From: Metasolibacillus fluoroglycofenilyticus
GTDB taxonomy: Bacteria; Bacillota; Bacilli; Bacillales_A; Planococcaceae
Direction: 5' to 3'
Length of the DNA stretch: 24,000 nucleotides
Assembly (NCBI RefSeq): GCF_003049645.1
Contig: NZ_PYWK01000001.1
Location: forward strand, 1,123,487-1,147,486
Positions 1 to 7,559 of this stretch are shown piece after piece. Both the position numbers and the translations under genes were made by a program. Positions within the stretch are counted from its first letter, which is position 1. Every line of letters starts with the position of its first letter. The notes under the pieces are model-generated. The model did no database searches. It worked only from the letters and a program-made list of their open reading frames with translations, and was not told the origin of the DNA.

Positions 1-510
1 AAAATTAAAAATTTGCCAGATGTAATTGAATCGTTTATGAAAGTGCGGATGCAAATGGAGGCAAAGCTCATCCTAGTAGGAGATGGTCCTGAAAAGCATC
101 GCGTAATGGAGCAAGTAAAAAACACGCCGTATAGTGGAGACGTGTTGTTTTTAGGGAAGCAGGAAAATATTGCGGAGCTATATGCGATTAGCGATTTGAA
201 GCTGCTATTATCTGAAAAAGAGTCATTTGGCTTAGTTTTATTAGAAGCGATGGCTTGTGGGGTCCCTGGCATTGGAACAACAATTGGGGGTATCCCAGAA
301 GTAATTGAGCATGGTCGGAATGGTTATCTTGTTGCACTACACGATACGAATGCGGTAGCAGACTATGCAATTTCGTTGCTACAGGATGAAACAAAGCTTC
401 AACAATTTCGTGATGCCGCTACCCGAACAGCACAGGAAAAATTTCAATCGACAAAAATTATTGAGCAATATGAAAGCTTATATGAGCGCCTATTAGGAAT
501 GATGCAATGA
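1..510 (+). CDS. bshA: C-terminal part of a GT4-family glycosyltransferase, probably bacillithiol biosynthesis glycosyltransferase BshA. The 5' end lies outside the window.
   Basis: The frame is open from base 1. A GT-B/GT4-like C-terminal motif is present (EKESFGLVLLEAMACGVPGIGTTIGGIPEVIEHGRNGYL). It sits directly upstream of cca-birA with an ATGA stop/start overlap, as recalled for B. subtilis ypjH(bshA)-cca-birA. Confidence 0.7.
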   Translation, partial: KIKNLPDVIESFMKVRMQMEAKLILVGDGPEKHRVMEQVKNTPYSGDVLFLGKQENIAELYAISDLKLLLSEKESFGLVLLEAMACGVPGIGTTIGGIPEVIEHGRNGYLVALHDTNAVADYAISLLQDETKLQQFRDAATRTAQEKFQSTKIIEQYESLYERLLGMMQ

Positions 511-1661
511 TGTGGAAAGCAGCAAAGCGAGTAATTGAAAAAATTGAGCAGGCGGGCTTTGAAGCGGTTTTTGTCGGAGGAGCAGTTCGAGATTTCATTA
601 TTGGGCAGCCAAATAACGATGTTGATATTGCTACAAGTGCTTTACCAGCAGAAATCAAAGCCATTTTTAATGAAACAATTGATGTTGGTATTGAGCATGG
701 GACCGTATTAGTGTTAGATGAGGGTGAACCAATTGAGGTAACGACTTATCGTACGGATGGGCTTTACACAGACCATCGCAGGCCAGATGCAGTTACATTT
801 GTCCGTAACTTAGAGGATGATTTAGCGCGGCGTGATTTTACGATGAATGCGATGGCGATGACGCGAGATGGAGTAATTATTGATTTGTATAATGGGCAAG
901 AGGATATTCAGCGTAAAGTGATTCGTGCAGTTGGGCAAGCTGAGCAGCGTTTTAAGGAAGATGCTCTACGTATGATGCGGGCGATTCGTTTTAGCGCACA
1001 GCTCGGCTTTACAATTGAATCTACTACATTGTCAGCAATTCAATCATTGGCTGAGCAAATTCAATATGTAGCGAGGGAACGTATTCATGCTGAATTAAAT
1101 AAAATATGGACAAGCCGTTCCCCTGTACAAGGAGTTGCGATGCTCCGACAAACTACATTAAATCAATTTTTGCAAGGCACATTTGTAGTAGCTGATTGGA
1201 AGAGCTTTCAAACAGAAAATCCACTCGTCGGCTGGGCCTATTTTTACGTATTAAATGAACAGGAGGCATTTTTCTCCTACTATAAATGCTCGAATAAGGA
1301 AAAAGAATTTGCCAAGCAAGTAGCAGAGGCCTATGGAAAATTGCAGGCTAGCTGGCAAGTGCTTGATTATTTTTATTATGATATCGAAGTGCTAAACACG
1401 GCTTTCGATATTGCGCTCTGGCGTGAACATGAAATAGCTTTATCCAAGCATGAAATTGCGCTGAAAAAAGCACAACTGCCAATTGCGACAGCGCAGCAGC
1501 TCGCAATTAGTGGACGTGATGTAATTGAATGGGCGCAAAAAAAGGGCGGTCCATGGCTAAAAACAGCGTTAGATGCAGCACTATACGCTGTATTAACAAG
1601 GCAAGTAGAAAATAACAAAGAGCAATTAAAGGAATGGTTTTATGACATCTATAAAGGATAA
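507..1661 (+). CDS. cca: CCA-adding tRNA nucleotidyltransferase
   Basis: 384 aa. The N-terminus carries the class II nucleotidyltransferase signature GGAVRD...DVDIAT and an RRDFTMNA motif. Synteny with birA supports the call. Confidence 0.9.
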   Translation: MMWKAAKRVIEKIEQAGFEAVFVGGAVRDFIIGQPNNDVDIATSALPAEIKAIFNETIDVGIEHGTVLVLDEGEPIEVTTYRTDGLYTDHRRPDAVTFVRNLEDDLARRDFTMNAMAMTRDGVIIDLYNGQEDIQRKVIRAVGQAEQRFKEDALRMMRAIRFSAQLGFTIESTTLSAIQSLAEQIQYVARERIHAELNKIWTSRSPVQGVAMLRQTTLNQFLQGTFVVADWKSFQTENPLVGWAYFYVLNEQEAFFSYYKCSNKEKEFAKQVAEAYGKLQASWQVLDYFYYDIEVLNTAFDIALWREHEIALSKHEIALKKAQLPIATAQQLAISGRDVIEWAQKKGGPWLKTALDAALYAVLTRQVENNKEQLKEWFYDIYKG

Positions 1662-2622
1662 AATATTGCAGCGCTTTTTAGCAGCGGCTGGTGAACCAAT
1701 AAGCGGCCAGCAGTTAGCCGACGAGCTACTCGTGTCAAGAACGGCTATTTGGAAGCATATGCAAGCGCTCCAACAGGATGGTTATACATTTGAAGTCATT
1801 AAGAAAAAGGGCTATAAATTAATTGCTAAATCAAATAGGCTTGATGAGATGCAAATTGCTGCCCATTTGAAGACGGCTCGCTATGGTCAAAAAATTTATC
1901 ATTTTGATGAGGTAGAGTCAACGCAAATTGTAGCGCACGAATTGATTCGTAATGGCGCGGCAGATGGCACGGTAGTCATTGCAGAAAAGCAAACAGCGGG
2001 ACGTGGTCGAATGCAGCGCCCGTGGGATTCGGCTGAAGGTCAAGGTGTTTGGATGACAACAATCATCCGCCCGAATATTTTACCGCATCAAGCACCGCAG
2101 TTTACACTTGTCGCTGCTGTTGCTCTTACACATGCGATAAGAGAAGTATGCCAAAACTTTAAGCCAGCAATTAAGTGGCCGAATGACATTTTAATTGACG
2201 GCAAAAAATGTGTCGGCATTTTAACGGAAATGGTGGCGGAAGCTGACCGAATACAAGCCCTCTTAATCGGTACAGGTATTAATGTCAATCAACAGCCAGA
2301 GGATTTTTCACAGGAGGTACGTGGCGTTGCAACATCGTTAGCCATTGAAGAAGGCAGAAAAATTGATCGAGCCCTTTTTGTTGCAAAATATCTCGGCCAT
2401 TTGGAACAGTTGAGTGATATCTATGTAAAAGAAGGCTTTGCTCCAATTAAAACACTTTGGGAAGCAGCATCAAACACAATTGGCAAGCATGTGCGTGCAA
2501 CGACATTACGCGAAATTATTGAAGGTCAAGCAATCGGTATTACAGAAGCGGGTGTTCTTGAAATTCGCACAGCAAATGGCGAAATCAAAAGCGTTTACTC
2601 AGCAGATATCGAAATTCAATGA
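1642..2622 (+). CDS. birA: Bifunctional biotin-protein ligase / biotin operon repressor BirA
   Basis: 326 aa. It has an N-terminal HTH region, the biotin-binding loop TAGRGRMQRPW and a KWPNDI motif. It overlaps the cca 3' end by 20 nt. Confidence 0.9.
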   Translation: MTSIKDKILQRFLAAAGEPISGQQLADELLVSRTAIWKHMQALQQDGYTFEVIKKKGYKLIAKSNRLDEMQIAAHLKTARYGQKIYHFDEVESTQIVAHELIRNGAADGTVVIAEKQTAGRGRMQRPWDSAEGQGVWMTTIIRPNILPHQAPQFTLVAAVALTHAIREVCQNFKPAIKWPNDILIDGKKCVGILTEMVAEADRIQALLIGTGINVNQQPEDFSQEVRGVATSLAIEEGRKIDRALFVAKYLGHLEQLSDIYVKEGFAPIKTLWEAASNTIGKHVRATTLREIIEGQAIGITEAGVLEIRTANGEIKSVYSADIEIQ

Positions 2623-2647
2623 AGCGGCAGATGGATGAGCGGAATTG

Positions 2648-2793
2648 GCAAATATATTTGAGAAGCCGCAAATAAACAAAGGCAAGTCGCAAATATATTT
2701 TAGAAAACGCAAATAACTTATAAAAAAGCGCAAATAAATCAATGAAATTTGCAGATATTCCCTAAGAAAAGTGCAAATATCTTCAAAATAATA
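2648..2793. repeat. Array of seven helically phased GCAAATA words
   Basis: Cores start at 2648, 2668, 2689, 2709, 2730, 2751 (variant GCAGATA) and 2773. Spacings are 20, 21, 20, 21, 21 and 22 bp. Only the 7-9 nt core is conserved between units. Confidence 0.8.
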
Positions 2794-2817
2794 ATTAAAA
2801 TTAATAAAACATTGTAC

Positions 2818-2846
2818 TGTACGTTTTCATCAAAACTTGTTATAGT
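2818..2846 (+). promoter_or_regulatory. Candidate sigma-A promoter with extended -10 (TGtTATAGT) and a weak -35
   Basis: TG lies at 2838-2839 and TATAGT at 2841-2846. The -35 position (2818-2823, TGTACG) is a poor match. This is the only promoter-like element between birA and panB. Confidence 0.35.
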
Positions 2847-2849
2847 ATG

Positions 2850-3163
2850 GCTAAGGACAGTATCTGTATAGAACTGTACCGATAGTGCAATTTAACTTGA
2901 TTCAGCAAAAGTCCCTTACTTTTAAAAATAGCGGGATGAATGCTGGAAAAGTAACTAAGCCAGAGGAGTGCTTAAACCCTAGCTGATTCAAGTTAAGCCT
3001 CCGGCGGATGTCACAGATTTTGAAGGGGAGTTTTCGAGTTAACTCGAAAAAATCTGGACACAATTACGTCGAGGCGTAATTGATTGAATAACAGTCTGCC
3101 TTGATCTAATTAGACAGGGACGGAAGAAAACGGAGCGTTCATAATTTTTACAGTACAACGCAA
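2850..3163 (+). promoter_or_regulatory. ORF-free, hairpin-rich RNA region: candidate panBCD leader or riboregulator, or an independent sRNA
   Basis: A long-range helix joins 2891-2906 to 2982-2997 (about 15 bp, 1 mismatch). It encloses a hairpin at 2916-2923/2947-2954. Further hairpins lie at 3031-3050 and 3061-3082 (8 bp each). No SD-led ORF is present. Confidence 0.4.
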
Positions 3164-3197
3164 CCCTTCTGTCCAATTTTGGATAGAAGGGTTTTTT
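3164..3197 (+). terminator. Strong intrinsic terminator immediately upstream of the panB RBS
   Basis: An 11-bp stem (CCCTTCTGTCC / GGATAGAAGGG, one G-U pair) with a 6-nt loop is followed by TTTTTT (3192-3197). It ends 19 nt before the panB SD (3217-3225). Confidence 0.85.
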
Positions 3198-3230
3198 ATG
3201 TTTTCTTCTCACACTAGAAGGAGGATTCAT

Positions 3231-4067
3231 ATGAAAACAACAAGTGAATTTTTGAAAATGAAGCAGCAAGGTGAAAAAATCGTAATGATTACAGCATACG
3301 ATTATCCGAATGCTAAATTTTCAGAGGATGCAGCAGTAGATATGATTTTAGTTGGTGATTCTTTAGGGATGGTTGTGCTTGGCTATGAGTCAACGATGCG
3401 TGTCACAGTCGATGATATGATTCATCATAGTAAAGCTGTGCGACGTGGCGCACCAAACACATTTATCGTCGTTGATATGCCATTCGGTTCTTATCATGGC
3501 GATATGAATGACACATTGAAAACGGCTGTACGCATGATGCAAGAAACAAATGCGAATGCATTGAAGCTTGAAGGAGCAGGCGATGTGATTCCTGTCATTA
3601 AAAAGCTAACAGATGCAGGCATTCCTGTCGTAGCACACCTAGGTTTATTGCCACAATCAGCAGGTGTACTTGGTGGCTACAAAGTGCAAGGAAAAACAGC
3701 AGAGCAAGCACAGCAATTAATTGCAGATGCGAAGGCTTGTGAGGCTGCAGGTGCAGCGGCAGTTGTTTTAGAATGTATCCCACATCAGCTAACAGAGGCG
3801 ATTTCACAAGCTTTAACAATCCCGACAATCGGTATTGGTGCGGGCGTAGAGGCAGATGGGCAAGTGCTTGTTTTCCATGACCTAGTGCAGTATGGCAAAC
3901 ATCATATCCCGAAATTTGTTAAAGCCTTCTCGCATGTAGGGGATGAAGTAGAGCATGGCATTACAAGCTATGTGCGTGAAGTGAAGGCGGGAACATTCCC
4001 AGCAGTGGAGCATCAATTTACAATGAAGGATGAAGAGCTTACCCAGCTTTACGGAGGCGTCAAATAA
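3231..4067 (+). CDS. panB: 3-methyl-2-oxobutanoate hydroxymethyltransferase (ketopantoate hydroxymethyltransferase)
   Basis: The ATG at 3231 is preceded by GAAGGAGGA. The N-terminus reads [26 protein letters not shown]...LVGDSLGMV. The track start at 3198 lies on the terminator U-tract and is rejected. Confidence 0.95.
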   Translation: MKTTSEFLKMKQQGEKIVMITAYDYPNAKFSEDAAVDMILVGDSLGMVVLGYESTMRVTVDDMIHHSKAVRRGAPNTFIVVDMPFGSYHGDMNDTLKTAVRMMQETNANALKLEGAGDVIPVIKKLTDAGIPVVAHLGLLPQSAGVLGGYKVQGKTAEQAQQLIADAKACEAAGAAAVVLECIPHQLTEAISQALTIPTIGIGAGVEADGQVLVFHDLVQYGKHHIPKFVKAFSHVGDEVEHGITSYVREVKAGTFPAVEHQFTMKDEELTQLYGGVK

Positions 4068-4919
4068 ATGAAAGTTGTAACAACAATTGCGGAATTAAAG
4101 CAATATGTTCATCAGGCAAAGAAAGAGCAAAAGTCAATTGGCTTAGTTCCGACGATGGGTTATTTACATGATGGACATTTAACGCTAGCTCGCACAGCAA
4201 AGGCAGACAATGATGTAGTCATTATGAGCATATTTGTTAATCCTACCCAGTTTGGACCGAATGAAGACTTTGAATCCTATCCGCGTGATTTACCGCGTGA
4301 TACAGCGTTAGCACAATCAGCAGGTGTCGATTTAGTTTTTGCTCCGAGCGTAGAGGAGATGTACCCAGCGGATGGCGGTATACAGTTACTGGCAGGACGC
4401 CAAGCGACAATTTTATGCGGTGCAAGTCGTCCGGGACATTTTGATGGTGTCATACAAGTCGTTGCAAAGCTATTTCATTTAGCTGAGCCGACGCGTGCTT
4501 ATTTCGGACAAAAAGATGCACAGCAAGTTGCTATTATTGAAACGATGGTACGTGATTTTAATTTTCCGCTAGAAATTCAAACAATTCCCATTGTTCGTGA
4601 GGAGGATGGACTTGCAAAATCGAGCCGCAATGTTTATTTGTCGGAGCAAGAACGAGCGCAAGCACCAGCGATTTTTGCGGCATTAAATTTAGCGCAGCAG
4701 CATTTTTTACAAACGAAAAATGCTGGGGAAGCAATTGGTATTGCAAAGCAGCATATTACAAAAAATACAGCAGGTCGCATTGATTATTTACAGCTTTTAA
4801 GCTATCCTGATTTAGCAATCGTCACACCACAAACGGAAAAATTTTTACTAGCAGTAGCTGTTTATATTGGTAAAACAAGATTAATTGATAATTTAATTTT
4901 TTCACTAAAAGGGGAATAA
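4068..4919 (+). CDS. panC: Pantoate-beta-alanine ligase (pantothenate synthetase)
   Basis: 283 aa with the motif PTMGYLHDGHLTL. The start codon abuts the panB stop. Confidence 0.95.
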   Translation: MKVVTTIAELKQYVHQAKKEQKSIGLVPTMGYLHDGHLTLARTAKADNDVVIMSIFVNPTQFGPNEDFESYPRDLPRDTALAQSAGVDLVFAPSVEEMYPADGGIQLLAGRQATILCGASRPGHFDGVIQVVAKLFHLAEPTRAYFGQKDAQQVAIIETMVRDFNFPLEIQTIPIVREEDGLAKSSRNVYLSEQERAQAPAIFAALNLAQQHFLQTKNAGEAIGIAKQHITKNTAGRIDYLQLLSYPDLAIVTPQTEKFLLAVAVYIGKTRLIDNLIFSLKGE

Positions 4920-4922
4920 ACA

Positions 4923-5306
4923 ATGTTTCGCATGATGATGAATAGTAAAATACATCGCGCACAAGTAACACAGGCAGATTTAAATTATGTTGGCTCTATT
5001 ACGATTGATGAGGATATTTTAGATGCGGTAGGAATGCTACCGAACGAAAAAGTGCATATCGTCAACAACAATAATGGTGCACGCTTTGAAACGTATATTA
5101 TCGCAGGTGAGCGAGGAAGCGGCGTTATTTGTGTGAATGGTGCAGCAGCACGACTTGTGCAAAAAGGCGATATCGTAATTATCATTTCATACGTCTATGT
5201 AGACGCCAACGAGGCTCGTGACCATAAGCCGACTGTGGCAATTATGGGAGAAAACAATACAATTAAACAAATGATTAGCTACGAGCCAGAAGCAACGGTG
5301 ATGTAG
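4923..5306 (+). CDS. panD: Aspartate 1-decarboxylase
   Basis: 127 aa. The N-terminus [25 protein letters not shown] contains the Gly-Ser self-processing site. Confidence 0.95.
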   Translation: MFRMMMNSKIHRAQVTQADLNYVGSITIDEDILDAVGMLPNEKVHIVNNNNGARFETYIIAGERGSGVICVNGAAARLVQKGDIVIIISYVYVDANEARDHKPTVAIMGENNTIKQMISYEPEATVM

Positions 5307-5311
5307 GAAAT

Positions 5312-5347
5312 AAAAAAGTGAAATCGCATTATGGTTTCACTTTTTTT
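5312..5347 (+). terminator. Intrinsic terminator of panBCD
   Basis: The stem GTGAAATC / GGTTTCAC is flanked by an A-run and followed by TTTTTTT. Confidence 0.8.
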
Positions 5348-5359
5348 CATCATATTTTC

Positions 5360-5388
5360 TTCCACAATTCATTCATTTATGTTACACT
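5360..5388 (+). promoter_or_regulatory. Candidate sigma-A promoter for the ABC-F leader
   Basis: TTCCAC (5360-5365), a 17-nt spacer and TACACT (5383-5388) preceded by TGt. Confidence 0.4.
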
Positions 5389-5422
5389 ATAAGCAATTCT
5401 ACTAGAACGGGGGTGAAAAAGA

Positions 5423-5563
5423 ATGATTCAAAACGCTATGACTACAGGTGTAAAAGTGGATACTGCAATGTACTTTGCACGTGTAATTACTTTTGATTTT
5501 GCGTCTAACGGGACAAGTGTGTCCTTTTTTAAGCAAATCAAAATACGAAACGTAGCGGATTAA
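5423..5563 (+). CDS. Candidate leader ORF (46 codons) in the ABC-F 5' leader
   Basis: The ATG at 5423 lies 6 nt after GGGGGTGA. Translation is MIQNAMTTGVKVDTAMYFARVITFDFASNGTSVSFFKQIKIRNVAD. The stop is at 5561-5563, just upstream of the antiterminator/terminator segments. It falls below the ORF-track size cutoff. Confidence 0.3.
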   Translation: MIQNAMTTGVKVDTAMYFARVITFDFASNGTSVSFFKQIKIRNVAD

Positions 5564-5587
5564 CCATTCTTTTTCACTATAGTGAGG

Positions 5588-5619
5588 AAAAGACTGCATG
5601 TTAATGTGCAGTCTTTTTT
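5588..5619 (+). terminator. Intrinsic terminator inside the 5' leader of the first ABC-F gene (attenuator)
   Basis: The stem GACTGCA / TGCAGTC (5592-5598 / 5607-5613) is extended by A4/U4 pairing and followed by a 6-U run. It lies about 40 nt upstream of the ABC-F start. Confidence 0.8.
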
Positions 5620-5662
5620 GTTGTTTAAAATGCTTTTTCCGCACGTTCTTGGAGGCATAATG

Positions 5663-7447
5663 ATGCAAATAAAAGCAGAGAAAATCCACAAAACAATTGG
5701 TAGCAATGAAATTTTCGTAGGTTTACAGTTAGAAGTTAATGCGGGAGAACATATTGCCATTGTAGGACCAAATGGCTGTGGTAAAACAACCTTGCTACAT
5801 ATATTAGCAGGCGAAGATACAGCGGATGTAGGTCATATTATTAAAAGTAAAGACGCAACAATTGGCTATTTATATCAAATATCAAATTACCCGAACGATA
5901 CAGTGAGAGGCGTATTAGCGCAAGCCTTTGGGCCAATTTTCGAACTGAAAGAAAAGATGGAGAAGCTAGAGCAGCAAATGCATAATGAGGAAGTTACGCC
6001 AAAGCTTTTACAACAATATGGGCAAGTGCAGGAGCAATTTATCCAGCAGGGTGGCTATGAAATAGATTCACAACTAGCAGCAATTGCGAACGGATTAGGA
6101 ATTGCTACTCTTTTAACACAGCCATTTGAGGCGTTGAGTGGCGGTGAAAAGACGAAGGTGATGCTAGGTCAATTACTATTGCAAAGCCCATCTATTCTGT
6201 TATTAGATGAGCCGACCAATCATTTAGATATGGATGCCATTGAATGGCTTGAAAACTATGTGCAAAACTTTGAAGGCATTGTTATCGCTGTCTCACATGA
6301 CCGCCAATTTATGAATCAATTTGCACATAAAATTATCGAGATTGAGGATGGGCAAGCATTTACTTATCATGGCAATTACGATGCCTTTGTTAAGCAAAAG
6401 CAGGAGAAAATTGAACAACAATTTGCCCAATATGAGGAACAGCAGAAAAAAATCAAAAAAATGCAGGAAACGATTAAGCGTTTAAAGCAATGGGCAAATG
6501 AGGCTAACCCACCGAGTGATAGCTTACATCGTCGAGCGAAAAGCATGGAAAAGGCATTGGCACGTATAGAGCGTGTAAAAAAACCGACAAGCACGAAAAA
6601 AATGAACCTAGCATTAACGATGTCCGAGCGTAGTGGCAAAGAGGTGCTGTCCCTTGAAAATATTACACATAGCTATGGACGTACATTATTTTTAAATAGT
6701 CATTTAGCGGTTTATTTTCAAGATAGGCTAGCGATTGTTGGTCAAAATGGCTGTGGCAAATCAACTTTATTAAAAATGGTAACAGGTCAGGTCGTTCCAC
6801 AGCAAGGACTTTGTAAGCTCGGTAGCAATGTTAAAATAGGCTATCTGTCACAACAATTCGATTACAGTAATATAGAAATACGGGTAGTTGATGCCTTTCG
6901 AGATATAGTAGCTGTATCTGAGGCAGAGGCAAGACATAATTTAGCGCAGTTTTTATTTTACGGCTATGATGTTTTCAAAAAAATAAAGGATTTAAGCGGT
7001 GGCGAGAAAATGCGCTTACGTCTCGCGCAGCTCATGCATCAGCAAATTAATTTATTATTGCTAGATGAGCCAACGAATCACCTTGATATTGAATCACGTG
7101 AGGTGCTAGAGGATACATTAGAAGCCTTTGAAGGTACGATTATCGCTGTCTCACATGACCGCTATTTTTTGCAAAAGCTATTTACGAAAATAGCCTGGAT
7201 TGAGCAGCAACAGCTCACTGTCTATGAAGGAGACTATGAATGGGCAAAGGCAAAACGTGAAACCACTTGCCAAGTTATTGAAAAAGTCCATGTAGAGAAA
7301 GTTCAACGAAAAAAGCAATTCTCTATTTTAGAGCAAATTGAAAAATTAGAAATGAAATTAAAAGAGCCAACACTTCCTACCACTCAGCGCACAAAATTAG
7401 AGCAACAGCTAGAGGCATCGTATGAGAAGTGGTTATTAGAAGAATAG
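5663..7447 (+). CDS. ABC-F family ATPase (two ABC domains, no TMD) with a C-terminal coiled-coil extension
   Basis: Walker A motifs are GPNGCGKTT and GQNGCGKST. Signature motifs are LSGGEKTKV and LSGGEKMRL. GGAGG lies at 5651-5655, and the ATG at 5663 gives 7-nt spacing (alternative ATG at 5660). The track start at 5582 (GTG) lies upstream of the terminator and is rejected. Confidence 0.9.
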   Translation: MQIKAEKIHKTIGSNEIFVGLQLEVNAGEHIAIVGPNGCGKTTLLHILAGEDTADVGHIIKSKDATIGYLYQISNYPNDTVRGVLAQAFGPIFELKEKMEKLEQQMHNEEVTPKLLQQYGQVQEQFIQQGGYEIDSQLAAIANGLGIATLLTQPFEALSGGEKTKVMLGQLLLQSPSILLLDEPTNHLDMDAIEWLENYVQNFEGIVIAVSHDRQFMNQFAHKIIEIEDGQAFTYHGNYDAFVKQKQEKIEQQFAQYEEQQKKIKKMQETIKRLKQWANEANPPSDSLHRRAKSMEKALARIERVKKPTSTKKMNLALTMSERSGKEVLSLENITHSYGRTLFLNSHLAVYFQDRLAIVGQNGCGKSTLLKMVTGQVVPQQGLCKLGSNVKIGYLSQQFDYSNIEIRVVDAFRDIVAVSEAEARHNLAQFLFYGYDVFKKIKDLSGGEKMRLRLAQLMHQQINLLLLDEPTNHLDIESREVLEDTLEAFEGTIIAVSHDRYFLQKLFTKIAWIEQQQLTVYEGDYEWAKAKRETTCQVIEKVHVEKVQRKKQFSILEQIEKLEMKLKEPTLPTTQRTKLEQQLEASYEKWLLEE

Positions 7448-7461
7448 GAGGTGAAAACCAG

Positions 7462-7482
7462 ATGTGGTTATTATATTTATAA
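7462..7482 (+). CDS. Six-codon leader peptide MWLLYL upstream of the second ABC-F gene
   Basis: The SD AGGAGGTG (7446-7453) overlaps the stop codon of the upstream gene. The ATG is at 7462 and the TAA at 7480-7482. The first attenuator hairpin begins 3 nt downstream. Confidence 0.6.
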   Translation: MWLLYL

Positions 7483-7484
7483 GC

Positions 7485-7553
7485 CGATACGAGTTGTAAA
7501 CAGCTCGTATCGATAGTCACTATCGGTACGAAAAAATATTTTTTCGGAGGTAG
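7485..7553 (+). promoter_or_regulatory. Four-segment erm-like translational attenuator that sequesters the ABC-F SD
   Basis: Helix 1:2 pairs 7485-7496 with 7501-7512 (12 bp). The alternative helix 2:3 pairs 7505-7516 with 7520-7531 (12 bp). Helix 3:4 pairs 7529-7535 with 7540-7546, plus 7520-7524 with 7549-7553, and covers the SD GGAGG (7546-7550). Confidence 0.7.
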
Positions 7554-7559
7554 TGCAAA

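Noticed and set aside
2648-2793. A CRISPR array or plasmid-type iterons as an explanation for the 21-bp periodic words here and at 15002-15072.
   Set aside because: The conserved unit is only 7-9 nt in a 21-bp period, far shorter than CRISPR repeats (about 24-37 nt) with 30-nt spacers or more. There are no cas or rep genes nearby. The arrays are reported as phased word arrays instead.
2850-3050. I first considered a 6S RNA (ssrS / bsrB-like) between birA and panB, because of the long-range complementary arms (2891-2906 / 2982-2997).
   Set aside because: As far as I recall, the B. subtilis 6S-2 gene lies in the yocI-yocJ spacer, not here, so synteny gives no support. The paired arms enclose only about 75 nt. 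I also could not draw the closing stem, central bubble and terminal stem architecture of about 190 nt. The region is left as an unclassified structured RNA.
3198-3230. N-terminal extensions suggested by the ORF track for panB (3198), the first ABC-F (5582), MerR (11440), the membrane protein (11397), UPF0316 (14252), the GyrI-like protein (15818), the WYL regulator (16734) and the amidase (16762).
   Set aside because: In each case an internal start codon has a proper SD at 5-10 nt. The extension runs through a terminator, a promoter or the SD itself, and the extension peptides look non-native.
5402-5760. Minus-strand ORFs 5402..5689 and 5560..5760 in the ABC-F leader region.
   Set aside because: They have no SD and lie antisense to a leader containing a terminator. 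Their composition is typical of AT-rich random ORFs.
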